Source: Octopus sinensis (lineage: Eukaryota). From it: DNA of 64,000 nt. The DNA is taken from NCBI RefSeq assembly GCF_006345805.1, contig NC_043002.1, forward strand, positions 77,004,001 to 77,068,000. The letters run 5' to 3'. Of the stretch, positions 36,755 to 50,536 are shown in pieces (position 1 is the stretch's first letter; each line of letters begins with the position of its first letter). Position numbers and translations under genes: made by a program. The notes under the pieces were generated by a model. It saw only the letters and a list, made by a program, of their open reading frames with translations. It ran no database searches and was not told where the DNA came from.

Positions 36755-37444
36755 GACTAATGTAGTATAGATCTAACAATGACTCAAAATTGTCTTTATG
36801 TCTCAATATTGCATCACCAGACAGACAAATAAACAAAAAAACTATGAATATTGATTCTAATCCAGCGTTAGCTTATTATTCGCTGCAAAAAAAAAAAAAA
36901 AGAAAATGGTACCAACTTGACTTATTTATTCTTTAACGCTTCCTCTCAGATTTCATCCTGCCATTATATCATAGCCAATCCTCCAACTATCATCTAGTTA
37001 TCGCAAATATAAAAAAAAAACTTTTACCCCTACCCAAACACACACACATACACACAGAGAAAAGGAGAAAATATAGAAATTATTTGTCTGTTTCCTAATT
37101 GGACAACACAATGTCAAAATATTCTCCAATAAGATACAGGCTAACTCTAGAAATCTGATATTGATCAGATATTTAGAATAATAACTTCATCAATGACTTC
37201 TAGATATTTATTTGATAATCAATCACGAATGCCATGCTTCTGCTGATTTCCAAAACTGGAATGATAAACTTTTTGAAAAATTAGCCATTGTTTCCCTGGG
37301 TGGAACTATTTTTTACTTTCCCTTCCTCAATGTATATTAAATTATCTTCAGTGAGTATTTGATTATATATAATGCATACATATATATATATCTCAATGCA
37401 AAGATATATTAAGGCAATGAATCATTGACCGTGAAAGGGAAATA

Positions 37445-37490
37445 TAAATGTGTATGTGTGTGTGTGTGTGTATGTATATATGTATATATA

Positions 37491-37538
<48 letters not shown>

Positions 37539-37705
37539 ATATTATATATATATATATATGTATATGTATAAGTATATATATATATATGTATATATGTATA
37601 TGTATATATATATATAAACATGCAGACAGTCAAATCTTGCCAACGCAAAGAAGAAATAGTATTCATACATACATACATACATACATACATACATACATAC
37701 ATACA

Positions 37706-37738
<33 letters not shown>

Positions 37739-37770
37739 GTGTGTGTGTTTGTATGTATATATGTATGTAT
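37445..37770. repeat. (TG)n/(TA)n/(ATAC)n compound microsatellite
   Basis: Direct tandem repeats. Confidence 0.95.
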
Positions 37771-38374
37771 ACTATTTCTTTTTACATTTTTGTGTTGGCG
37801 AAATCTGACTACGTCTGCATTGCAGCATCTCTTCTTGTCTCTTAATTTGGTGCCGTTATGCCCATGAAGCTGAAAAGACCAAGGTCTAAACCTAACTATT
37901 TTATTGTTTTCTGTAGCCTCACCCTGCTACACATCTTTTCCACCAGCAATGAAGCATTTTCCCCAACATCTCATCATATTATGTTCCTCTACCAACTGAA
38001 TAGTCTATCCTGCATTGATTGTCCAACAATTTTTGTCGCTTCATTTGTGTCTTAATTCTCTTACTTTTCTGGTATATTATCGTTGTTTATTAACCAGATT
38101 ACACCCAATACTTTTTTTTATTCCAACCACTGAAAATTTTGCACATTTACTGCCCTGTTGTTTTACATTTGTAGCACATATTTCTTTTTGTGTATCTTTC
38201 ACTTAGAAAGGGAAACTCTTTATTATGAAGGATGTTAGTAAGTCATTCCTTAACTCTTTTTATACGAACTTGCCTAAGATCCTCTCTCGTTCTCTGACAC
38301 AAGTTTCCTACTTGAAAATAATTGAGATTACAATCTTCCCAAAAAAAAAAGAGAAGAAGAAAACAAGATTTATT

Positions 38375-38468
38375 GGGATAAAATTATTTTGCTAAATTCT
38401 TAATTATTTTCAAAATTAATTGAAATAAAAGCAATGTATTTCAACAGAAATACAGTAATAAAAGGCTA
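38375..38468 (-). mobile_element. Family F 5' fragment
   Basis: Reverse reads CCTTTTATTACTGTATTTCTGTTGAAATAC...CAATTAATTTTGAAAATAAT. Confidence 0.6.
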
Positions 38469-39574
38469 CACTTGTAACATTCTTCTTAAACCCTTCTATA
38501 AGAGATGAAGCTCTGTCTCTTGTATTAATTATTTAATGAGGGCTACCTCACTCAGGGGCACAACTAATCAGTCCATAACCTTTAAATCCATAGCTGTTCT
38601 AGTTTATCTTGTGTGCCTAAAGTTTTGATTCTGTGTCAATTTGTCAGATAATCCCTCTGCACTCTTTATATACCCATTGTTTGCATTGACTACACAGTAT
38701 CATATTCCTGCTTCTCTTTTTCCAGCATACATAAATAGATGTTCTATATAATATGCACACAAACATGTGTACACTTTTTATGCCTACATTCAAAGAAATC
38801 TCATACACACATACCTAATACACATGTGTATACTCATAGAAGCACATACATACACACAACACATATACACACACACATGTGTACATATACAGCATATATG
38901 CACAAACACTATCATTTCCTCACAAGCTGTTATCACACATCCTTTCACAGTCTCAGAGGTTTCAAATTCAGTTTGTTAATTTTCTCAAAGGTTGATATCC
39001 TAATTCTCACAGACTTTCTCACAGTTTAATATATCACCCATATGTACCACAGTCTCTTCTGTTTCTCCCTGCATCACTCTTATTCTATCTTATTGAAATT
39101 TTCCTTCTCTCTCTTTCTCTCCCTCTCTCTCTCACCAATGCCATCCATGCTTCTCTCTTCCATATTTTATGGCTCTCTTATTCTGGTTTATAGAAATTCT
39201 ATTGCCACTTTTCTGCTGTTTTACTTATATACTAAAATATATGATGCACTTAAAATGCTTGCTTTGCTAAAACCTTCAGACCATTATTAATAAAAGAACA
39301 AACTGCTGCAGCCTCTTTGGTGACATTAATATTTGATTATCCAGTGCCTAAGCTACATATAAATCGTGGAATAGACATTCCAAGTTTATAGATTGTATAA
39401 CTAACTTAGTCATAAATTAGTATTAATGTTAAGGATCATGTTAAAATGTTTATAACTTCCATTGATGCATTCAAGCATGCTAATATATAAATATATCGAA
39501 GCATTGTGTGTATATGTGAGTTGTGTGTAACTACTGAGTCATTAAACTACTGGACCAAGTTTTGAAAATATCAG

Positions 39575-39801
39575 TTAACTCTTTAGTATTTAAACCGGCC
39601 ATATCCGGCCAAAATATTTAATCAGTTTTATGTTCAAACTGACCAGATCCAGGCTCTCACACCTACCCTACAATGCTATTATACATTAAGTAATTACACC
39701 GTCAAGATCTTGAAGATATGAGATAATGCATGATTAATTCAAATCAATGTGAATCAATAAGCATTACGTTTGATAGAATAATCTGAACACTAAAGGGTTA
39801 A
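39575..39801 (+). mobile_element. piggyBac-like MITE family E
   Basis: TTAACTCTTTAGTATTTAAACCGGCC ... CACTAAAGGGTTAA. Confidence 0.85.
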
Positions 39802-39925
39802 AGCACAACTAAATAGGAAGAAATTAAATAAGATACTATTTGACTTTGTGCCAGGACAGGGTTTCGCTGATGTTTCTTTTTTGGTGGGGTTTTTATCAAA
39901 TAGCAAGTCACTATGTTTAACATTT

Positions 39926-40143
39926 AAGGCAGCGAGCTGGCCAAAACGTTAGCATGCTGGGCAAAATGCTTAGCGGTATTTCATCTCTTTACATTCTGAG
40001 TTCAAATTCCGCTGAGGTCAACTTTGCCTTTCATCCTTTCAGGGTCGATAAATTAAATACCAGTTAAGTACTGGGGTTGATCTAATAGACTGGCCCTGCT
40101 CCCCAAAAATTTCATGCCTTGTGTCTAGAGTAGAAAAGAATAT
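39926..40143 (+). mobile_element. SINE family B, well preserved
   Basis: AAGGCAGCGAGCTGG head, GAGTTCAAATTCC B-box, TAGAAAAGAAT end. Confidence 0.92.
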
Positions 40144-40986
40144 TTGGGGAAGATCTTTGACAGAATACCACACGCTGTTGTAGTCTTGTGACCATTAAAA
40201 ATATGAAGTGCAGATGAATGCCTATCAAGAGTTGTGCAAGCCACACACAAAGATATGATCAACAAGCGATTTTAATCTATTTTATGCATTTCCAAATGTA
40301 AACCAATTTATGTAATTTTTGATATGGTCTCTATAACTTCAGGCTCAAATCCACCAAAATTATTTGTGCAATGAGGAATTAAATTTTCCCAAACAGCTTT
40401 CATATTCCTGGCTGTTTAGTCGTGCTATACATCATTAATTCTTTCCATTGCATTCTTTGTGTTAATTATCTGCTGTAAGTCTTTAAGCTCAATTGCATTT
40501 TCTTTCATTCTTTTATAACCTGGACAAAAATTGCGTATAAGTAACTATCATTTTTTGTTGATATCACTCCCTGATCCACTGGCTGCAAGTTGTGTCATTG
40601 TGTCATTCTTCTGGGGTCAGCAAATAAAGCCCCAGTCTAACATTGTAGACTGATAAAATCAATAGAGTACTGGATAAGTGGCTTTTCAGTATTTGGTTTG
40701 GCTCTTTGTGCTATGAGTTCAAATATCACCTTGGCCTACATGGATGGCAGACTTGCTCTGTCATTCAGTTTAACACCATTGCTTGGTCCCTGGGTGCCTT
40801 TGTTAGGGTGTATTCTGTTGCAAGCATTAAGACTAGGTGCCCAGTATGAGGATCCCTTTTTCCTTCCCTACCACCAGTCGCAATCGACCTGTAAAAGGTC
40901 ATGAGCATCATCCTTTCTCATGACCAAGCAGAAAACAAAAATCAGTGCTAAAAACAGCCTTAACTGCTTAAGTAACCCAAGTAACA

Positions 40987-41376
40987 TAGGTGCATGCATA
41001 GCTGTAGTTTGCTTCCTAATCACATGGTTCTGGGTTCAGTCCCACTGCACGGCACTTTGGGCAAGTGTCTTCTACTATAGCCTCAGGTCTACCAAAGCCT
41101 CATGAATGGATTTGGTAGATGGAAACTGAAAGAAGCCCATCATATACACATATTTATGTGCCTTTATGTTTGTGTTTGTCTCTCAACACCACCTGACAAC
41201 TGGTGTCGGTGGATTTATGTCCCCATAACTTAATGGTCTGGTAGAAGAGACCAATAGAATAAGTACCAGGCTTAAAAAAACATAATTCTTGTGCTCAATA
41301 CACTCGACCAAAATTTTTCAAAGAATTGCCCCAGCGTGATCACAGTCTAGTGACTGAAACAAGCAAAGATAAAGAG
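40987..41376 (+). mobile_element. SINE family A
   Basis: Family head, body and tail motifs. Confidence 0.85.
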
Positions 41377-41774
41377 CAGTTGGGTGACCCAGGGCATTGT
41401 CCAAAATTAATTAAAGTTTAAAATCTCAATTTATCAACTTACAATATCTTTTGGCTTTGGGACAGAAACAATTCTTGTGCCAGAACTCAAATAAAGATTT
41501 TATTACACAAGTTTTTTTTTTTATTAGATTTCTAATAAGATGATGTAAAATGTTTTCTGAATCCTTTAAAAGTGCATAAATTTTCCGATTGATAGATCAG
41601 CATGAGTTTTAATTTTAAATCACTTGTAACATTTCCATCTATTAAAAGTATTAAGCAATCATTGACTATTTTGAATCTTTGAATCTAGTTTGCAGTTTTA
41701 CTTTCTTTGCCATAATTTGTTTTATGAGACATTTGTTTCCAGAATTCATTTCACCAACATTTATAATTTGTTTC

Positions 41775-42210
41775 AGGCATGGCTGTCTGATAAGACGCTT
41801 GCTTTCCAACCACATTCTGGGTTCTGGGTTCTGTTCCACTACATTACACCATGGGCAAGTGTCTTCTGCTATAGCTTCAAGTTGACCAAAGCCTTATGGG
41901 TGGATTTGGTAGATGAAAACTGTAAGAAGCCCGTTGTATATACAACTGTGTGTATGTATATATGCGTGTGTGTGTACACGTATGCATGCTTGCGTGCACG
42001 TATGTGTATGTGTGTCTTTCTCCTCCACCACTCCTTAGAAACTGGTGTTGGTTTGTTTATGTCACCATAACTTAGCAGTTCAGTAATAGAGACCAATAGA
42101 ATAAGTATGAGGCTTAAAAAAAATAAGTACTGTGTTGATTCATTCAGCTAAAAAGTCTTCAGCATAGCCACAATCTGATGAGTGAAACAGATAAAAGATA
42201 AAAGATAAAC
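41775..42210 (+). mobile_element. SINE family A
   Basis: Family motifs; tail GATAAAAGATAAAAGATAA. Confidence 0.85.
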
Positions 42211-44204
42211 AGCATTTTTAATAGCTTTTCTTCTTTTTTCTTAATTTGGTAGGTTATCCAGTGCTGCACTATCATTTGCACATGAACTTCCAACAGTTGG
42301 CTTTATAGATTCCAGATAATTTTCTAAACTTGTTGAACCATATAGAACTTCCGGGAAAATTTTCATTACTTTCAGCTTTAGTTTTGATTTCTTCTTTCCA
42401 TTTTCTTCAGGCTGCTATGAAGAGACAGGCATCTTTCATTCTAGTGGTCACCTGATTTAAAATGAATGTACTTTTAACAACAATCTTTGATCCAAATTAA
42501 CAAAAAGAGGTTCTAACTGAAATTATTGCAATGCTTTTGTTCCTTGTGGTTTGGAAATTTGATGCTGATGCAGCTCTTTTCCTTGTTCTTTATAAAGATT
42601 TGTGCTCTGAATAATTATTATTATTATGCACTGTTCATTTACAAATAGTGTGATCCCAGGCTATATTAGCTTTAGTAACACCACTTTCATAATTGCTGTT
42701 TTACTAGTTTTTCTTCCAGTCCTTAACCTTTTTTATCCTTCTCATTGTAACCATTTGTACTAGCATTACTCATCTAGAAGTCTTAGAGAATCTCATGGTT
42801 TTGGAAATCCAGAAAAACCTTTCATTATTCTCACTTTGAATAACATGGTTTATAAGTTAATATCAAATCTCTCCAAACTCAAAATGTATATACACAGCAT
42901 GCAAACAATATGACTTCGATTAAGAACTTGATAGAGAAAATATGCATTGTGCTGATTCAAAAAATAATTTTAAAATCTGTTGGTAAATTTAACTTTCTGT
43001 CTGATTTGAAATGAACTATGAACTTTATCAGCATCAATCAATTTTAATAAAAATTTTAATACATAAATATTCTTTAAATATTTCCTCATGCTAATATTAT
43101 TTTTCATCTGCACTAAGAAATAAAACATAGAAGAAAATTCATCAATCTTTTCAAATGTTTTTATTTACTTCCATAAACTCTTTCAAGTGCTTTTATTTGC
43201 TTGGTCTTCTGAAATATATCAGACTGAAGAGAAAGTGAAACTTCTGAAAAAGTCTGTTTATGATTATAGAGAGGATACTCAAATAAGGAGGGAAAAAAAT
43301 TAGCTCATTAAAAATAGTCACAGAAATAAAGTATTATTATTATTTTTTTTTTTTCCATTATTTTATGAGAAAAGGAGAGAACAAGGTACAGAGTTTTCCA
43401 TGCAATGGTTCTCTGCTTTGCAAAGAATTTGGATTAACCAAAGAAATTAATTTATATCAATACATACACATACACACAAGGTATTTCATATGCGTGTGTG
43501 TGTGTGTGTGTGCTTGTGTGAGTGTGTGTTTGTGTGTGCTTGTGTGTGATTGTGTGTGTGTGTGTGTGTGTCTGTGTGTCTGTGTCTGTGTCTGTGTATG
43601 TGTGTGTGTGTGAAAAGATATATTTCAAAATCAAAGAAACATTATTTCTAAATTATTTTTACTACAATAATTCTTATTTAAAAAAAAAGCTACAGTTATT
43701 AAAACATCACCTCTCCATTATTTTATTTATCTACTCCAATGCCAAAGTGTAAACTACAGTTAGAGCTCCAGACACCATTTTTGCTCTTCATTGTCTGTTA
43801 CCACATTGTGTTGATGACAGCTAATCCACTTGGTCTTACACCAATTGAATCTGATTAGAAATGTACATAAATGTATATTGATGAGGGTAGGGGGTCAGTG
43901 TTGGAAATCCCTGCAGTATATGTATATGATTTGTTGATGTCTGCTTTGCAAAGTTCACATGAGATCTGCTGTCCCACTTAACACCTCCTACACTTAACAG
44001 CAAAATTCTCATCCGTTGGCAATAAGCATTAAGCTGCAAGAAAGAAGCCTAGGAGCACACAGGATGGTGACCTGACAAACTCTTCCATCGTTTGTCACCT
44101 GGGAGGGATCAGCCTACCATAAAATGGCTTCTGGGTTTTGCAGATCTTGTCATCACCATAGTTATTATCATCACAGTCATGGGTGTCGTTGTCATCTTCA
44201 TTGC

Positions 44205-44263
44205 TGTCATCGTCGTCGTCGTCGTCGTTGTCGTCGTCGTCGTTGTCGTCGTCGTCGTCGTCG

Positions 44264-44311
<48 letters not shown>
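44205..44311. repeat. (TCG)n(TCA)n triplet array, CpG-rich
   Basis: Direct repeats; source of the poly-V/I and poly-R/H ORFs. Confidence 0.95.
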
Positions 44312-44312
<1 letters not shown>

Positions 44313-44768
44313 TGTAATCATCACCTTTTTAGTGCATACTATCTTGTCGCTTTCTCTTACTTCTGAAATTAATTTATTTATTTCTGCTGCTTTTATATAG
44401 CTTTTCATGGCTACTCAATCAAAGCTGACTTGGAGCTAAACAGTGACTATTTAAATGATGATCATAAAAAATAATTTTAAAAAATGAACATTTTTAGAAT
44501 GAATATTTCTAAATTGAGCTAAAACATCAAGGAATTAATTTTACATGTTGCTCAAATTTACATTGTTAGGACAGTATTGGTGATGGTGATTGATATAATT
44601 GATTAAAAGTCTTGGAGGCATTGTCACAGCTGAAATCGGCAAAAGGGGAAAAAGTAAAGTTAAATAAATGAATATTTTAATAAAATCAATCAAGGAATTA
44701 ATAAATATCAAGCAATAATAATAATGATGATTTATGAGCATTTCATACTTTTGAATCTTACCTCTTGT

Positions 44769-44774
<6 letters not shown>

Positions 44775-44803
<29 letters not shown>

Positions 44804-45010
44804 TATCATCATCACCACCACCACAACCACCATCATCATTGTTTTAATGTTCACTTTTTCATAGTTACATGAGTCAGATGGAATTTGTTGAGGAGCAGGT
44901 TATTCAACTGCCAAATGGCTTTCCTGTTGCCAAGCCTCACCTGTTTTGAAGTAAGGTAACATTTGCCCATGACCAGGCACGTTTACATAGAACATTGGAA
45001 ATGAAGGACA
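44775..45010 (-). mobile_element. Family C retroposon, diverged
   Basis: (TCA)n tail then TTTAATGTTCACTTTTTCAT. Confidence 0.6.
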
Positions 45011-45140
45011 CTGCTTGTATAACAGTGACACTCGTTTACAACTATTATATGATGTCAAGACAAGAAGACACCAACAGACATACACATATATATGGGAGCT
45101 ATGACTTACCTTGCTATTTAACAATATAGGGTTAATATAT

Positions 45141-45186
<46 letters not shown>

Positions 45187-45226
45187 TTTGTTAGTCGATT
45201 TGACAGGAGGAAACTGAAAGAAGCTC

Positions 45227-45262
<36 letters not shown>

Positions 45263-46774
45263 GTGTGTGTGTGTGTGTGTGTTTGTGCCACAACTAAATT
45301 TCACTTGAGTTGACAGGTCTTCTCAAGCACATCATATCACCCAACATTCAAAGGGTGCTTTTTACATGCTACTGACATGGGTGCTAGTTATGTTACACTG
45401 GCTTGGCAGGTCTTGGACTTCTTTTAGTTTCTGTCTACTAAATCCACAAGGCATTGGTTGCCCTGGGACTATAGTAGGAAAACATCCAAAGTATCACACT
45501 GCAGAACTGAACCTGACACCTTGTGGTTGGGAGGCAAACTTCTTAATCACATGGCTACACCTACACCTTGCGTATGTAAACAACAATAGAATTGACTTCC
45601 ATTGAACAACATTTCCAGTCACTAAAAAGAACCTGTTATTTCTAGTTTCTCTTTTATTATTTTCATTTGTTAGTTTGTTTCCCTAAGTATTGTTTTCCAT
45701 CTACCAATCTATATTTGATTATCTACAGGTGAGGTCAAAATCTCACTCAAATTTGTTAATAATTTGTTACCTACATTCACAGTAAATAGATTGCCCCGTA
45801 CTTTTCTTTCAAGTAATTTCTTTTGAAATCCAGTTATCAATTACATGTAGTTGCCCTTGATTACTCAATATTTAATTGTTGTTTATTGATGCATATTGAT
45901 CTTGTTAATGTAGGTAATTTTTTAGTTGCTTTTTTTGCATATGTATGTATAGTGTTTCTTTCTTTAAAGCTTAATATTCAAGTATACAACATGTGCAATA
46001 GATTGTTATTTATCTCAATGATAGCAATGGTGGCGGTGGTGGTGGTGGTGGTGGTGGAGGAGGAGGAATACAGTCATTGATAGTATCTTGATAGTAGAGG
46101 AAGAGGTGTGTCTGACAGCAGGACAATGGTAGGGATGATACCGGGTGGCAGCAGTGAGGCGGGGCAACATTAGTAATGTGTGTTATGATGACAATAGTTT
46201 TGTTAGCAGTGGCAGTGGCAGCGGGGATGATGTTTGAATTAATGATAACGAAAGAAATTAACTGAGCATAGAAAATTCATTTATGCATATGTTAGCCAAA
46301 TTTTAGCATCTGAATCATCAATTAATTAGGTGTTTTTTTTTTTTTGTTATTCTATGCATGGCATAAGACCAAGAAACAAGTTAAGTTTTAAAAGATCATT
46401 TAATTTATATAATGAATAAATTAATACTTATTTAGGTGTTACCTTTGCAATAGAGCAGGAGCAAATTGCCAACGAAGTGACAGGGCTTCTTTATTGTAGT
46501 TTATGCAGTGTCAAGTATTTTCCTTCATTATTCACATCAGTGAAATCAAATAGGGAATGTCAGCAACATTTTGTCACATATTATGAATATTTATACAGAT
46601 ATCAGAAACACAGATGTTCTTAGGTATGTGTATCAGTGCATGAATAATTAAATACTCAACCTCACCTGAGGGGATATCTTACTAATAACTTGGTGTATTT
46701 GCAGAAAGAAGGAAAAGAGAGGAAAAAAATAATTAAAAAATGGGTGTGAGTTTGTATGTTAGCTGTATGGTTAT

Positions 46775-47000
46775 TGTCATTGTTCTTGTTTAACCCAGGG
46801 TAAGCCCTGACTGAATGCAACAGAACTTTGATAAAAGGTATGTACTCATCCAACAGTAACCAACCCCATGTGTTTGTATATCAGAAAGTATATTGTCCAG
46901 TGTATCCCTCTAATTTTCTTTTCATATGATAGGACATAATTTGAGGGAGATTCAACTGCTATTTCTAACAGGCAGTGACCATACAGAGACTGTCTAGTCC
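46775..47000 (+). mobile_element. Family G repeat
   Basis: CCCAGGGTAAGCCCTGA ... AATTTGAGGGAGATTCAACTGCTATTTCTAACAGG. Confidence 0.65.
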
Positions 47001-47782
47001 ATGGTTAAGCAGGTAAAAATCTAACAGTTGTCTAATGATAGATGATTATTTTCTTTTTTATGTAACTTTTGTTGTTGCAGTTCTTTTGTATTAATTAACA
47101 TTGGCCACATTGTAGAAATTTTCATTCAATGAAATTTTGAATTGCAAACATCATTCTAATAATATTGGGTTGATTGTTCTTGGTTTTAGGACCAAAAATG
47201 TTGAACTAAAACTGAAAGAAACTGGGATTTGTTCAAGAAAAATTTTTTAGTAGTTTATTAATTATTTGGAAGATATCGGTAAAAGCTCCTATACCAATTC
47301 TGATAATGTATATGATTAGAACACAGGGATGGCCAAATAGTTAAGAAATGTTTTCCTCAGTCATCAGGTCCTGCATTCAGTTCTACTGTACAGCATCTTG
47401 GGAAAGTATCTTCTTATATAGTCTTGGGTTGATCCATGTCTTTGTGTGTGAAATTAGGTTGATAAAAACTTTTTGATTGACTGTACTTTGGTTACGGTTG
47501 TGGTCTTGTATCAGGTAAAAAGTTCATTACTTAACTAAAGTGCTCACAATGGTAATAACCATTATCCTATAGGGACCGTTTTTGTTGCTAGATTGACATG
47601 AATTATCCTGAAATTTTATTATGATTCTCATTTGTAATTTCCATTTATATTTTCAAAGTATTTTTGAAAATTATAAACAATCTTTTTTTATCTTCCCTTT
47701 ATCCGTCTTTATGCTGACATCAAAAGTCTTAATCTTAGCTAGAGAGTTGCAAACAAAGAGCATTCTTTTAATCTCATTGCTC

Positions 47783-47869
<87 letters not shown>
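47783..47869. repeat. Perfect (ATCT)n microsatellite
   Basis: Direct tandem repeat. Confidence 0.97.
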
Positions 47870-48649
47870 CCCTCCTTCTTTCTCTCTATCTTTCTCTCAC
47901 TCTCTCTCTCTCTCTCAACGTATTGTAATAGTAGTTCTGAAGACTAGTAGTTAAAGACTACTGTAAATACTTGTGACAGTTTTTACTACTTAATTACGGC
48001 TACATTTATCAATTTAGTCCTTCCTCCTTGCTGCCCAATCATCAGGATAGATTAAGATCTTTTTCATCTTCTCTTTTTATTATCTGTCCTTCACTTTTCT
48101 TCAACAGAACAGTGTTGGATACCATTACAAGACATAAACAGAAAGTTTGGCTCAAATCAAGTTATCTCAGGAAATTTATCATGTATTATATCAAAAAGAG
48201 TATGTACTTTTGTTTAATCTAGTAGGATATTGATTAAGTTTCCAATATCTTAATGACATTTACATCACTGACTCTCCAGAAACAAAAGGACAAAAAAATT
48301 CTACTTTGAATTTAGACCCTGAAATTGTGTGATTATTAATCTAAATACCATAAAACATCTAGTTTAACTCTTTATCCTTTGAAGTATTCCAACTACTCTT
48401 TGAGTAGAATAATGGATTTCTTTTGAAAGGAACTGACATTCCTCTGATGGATAAAAAGAATATTGAATTTTCTCCATTATACTCCTGACAAGTATTTTAT
48501 CAGTCCTTGTAGATTTGGACCTGGATCAGTGAATTAGTGAATTTTAGTTTTCATAATTCCCGTTCTTTACCAACTGTTTTATTATCACTGTTCTCCGTAT
48601 GTCTTCACACACACTCAAAATATCCTGTCTATATATTATCATTATCCTC

Positions 48650-48910
48650 ATTATCTTTTGATATCCATTTTCCATGCTGGCATGGGCTGAACAGTTTGAC
48701 AGGATCTGACTAGCTGCAGGGCTGCACTGATCTCTAGTGTCAACTGTGATATGTTTTCTATGACTGAATTTTCTTCCTAACACCAAGTACTTTACAGCGT
48801 TGTACTGGGTGCTATTTTCCTGCCAATAACAAGTTGTAAGAACAGGAAAGAGGCATGAAATAAACCATGTTAGTTGCCGAGACATTGCATCCTTTAAAAC
48901 CTCCATGCTT
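48650..48910 (-). mobile_element. Family C retroposon
   Basis: TTTTCCATGCTGGCATGGG ... TGACTGAAT..CTTCCTAACACCAA. Confidence 0.75.
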
Positions 48911-49129
48911 CCTGAAATTCGCCAGCACTACAACTGGTATCCCCCCACCCTTCATATGCATGCACACATGTATATCATGACTCATATACTGTTCACTTTC
49001 CTGGCTTTTTTACATAATTCTATGTACTGTACGTGCACCTTTGATGAGTTGTAGTGCACCTGAGCACAATACAAGATAATATCATTATTATTATTATTAT
49101 TATTATAGAATTTGAAGTAGATAAAGTAA

Positions 49130-49330
49130 TAAACAATCTTTTCTACTACAGGCACAATTCTGGAAGAGGAGGTTAGTCAATTACATTGACCCCAGTATTC
49201 AACTGGTACTTATTTCATTGACCCTGAAAAGATGAAAGGCAAAGTCAGCCTTGGCAGAATTTGAACTTGAAATAGACAGATGAAATGCCACTAAGCATTT
49301 TGTTTGGCATACCAATGATTCTGCCTGATC
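49130..49330 (-). mobile_element. SINE family B
   Basis: GATGAAAGGCAAAGTC..GAATTTGAAC reverse core. Confidence 0.85.
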
Positions 49331-49370
49331 CCTAGCTCATTGCCTTGCATAAAGCTACAAATAATAGTGT

Positions 49371-49599
49371 TTGACCCATTAGCATTCAGATAACTCTGTC
49401 AAATGCAATGCCTAATTATTTCTCATTGTTTTCAATTAATCATGCAATGTCCTATGGTTTTGAAATTTTGCTGATGCGATTGTTTATTTTTAGATTGGTA
49501 TTGTAAAATAAATGAGAGAAGCTGGATCTGGTCAGTTTGAACATAAAATCAGTAGAATACTTGAACCGGATATGGCTGGCTTAAATGCTAAAGGGTTGC
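49371..49599 (-). mobile_element. piggyBac-like MITE family E (decayed TTAA ends)
   Basis: TTGACCCATTAGCATTCAGAT ... AAATGCTAAAGGGTTGC. Confidence 0.8.
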
Positions 49600-49746
49600 A
49601 TAATTGAGTTAAGAAACCTTCTGAATGGAAAAAGTCAAATGCTGCTCTTCCATTCAAAGAGCTTTTTAACCCAATATTTAAATATTTAAATGCTATTATT
49701 CATAGCTTTATCTACTTTAAGGTCCACCATTAAAAATTATATATAT

Positions 49747-50157
49747 ACTCTCTTTACTCTCTTTTACTTGTTTCAGTAATTTGACTGTGGCCATGCTGGA
49801 GCACTGCCTTTAGCTGAGGAAATCAACCCCAGGATTTATTCTTTGTAAGCCTAATACTTATTCTATCGGTCTCTTTTGCCGAACCGCTACATTACAGGGA
49901 TATAAACACACCAGCATCGGTTGCCAAGTGATGTTGGGGAGGAGGAGGGGACAAACACACAAACACACACATATATATTCATATACATATATACGACGGG
50001 CTACTTTCAGTTTCTGTCTACCAAATCCATTCACAAGGCTTTGGTCGGCCCGAGGCTATAGTAGAAGACACTTGCCCAAGGTGCCACACAGTGGGTCTGA
50101 ACCCGGAACCATGTTGTTGGTAAGCAAGCTACTTACCACACAGCCATTCCTGTACCT
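49747..50157 (-). mobile_element. SINE family A, full length
   Basis: High identity to other family A copies. Confidence 0.92.
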
Positions 50158-50449
50158 ATTCTCATTCTTACTTAGATATTTGCATGTATCTCCACAGCAC
50201 AGTTCTTCAGTTGTCAGGGAGATGTTAAAAACAAAGTAAAAAAAATTCTATCAGCTTTGCCAATATGATACAAAGGAAAACAAAGCAATCTGTCTGTCTG
50301 GCTAGATAGTTCACTTTCAGACCATTCCAAAGCACATTTTGCATTCTGCAGCAACTGTTTTTCAAATTACTCACTTTCTGACAGAATGAAATTTTAATGT
50401 CTCATGTGTATAACACTGATATCTTGCTGATTATGGCAGCTGCCCAACC

Positions 50450-50536
50450 ATGTCTTTGAGCAGATGGCCTAATGTCGAAGTCAACAAACTGCGCATTTTC
50501 ACAACTCAGCACTTTCATATCAATTTACATCATCAG
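50450..50536 (+). other. Candidate ATG-initiated exon (MSLSRWPNVEVNKLRIFTTQHFHINLHHQ) or E-box enhancer
   Basis: CCAACC-ATG, 29 open codons, CAG|GTGTGT donor in phase 0; unique non-repeat sequence; no recognised homology. Confidence 0.3.

Noticed and set aside
44092-44408. Poly-Arg/His and poly-Val/Ile ORFs
   Set aside because: Translations of (TCG)n(TCA)n
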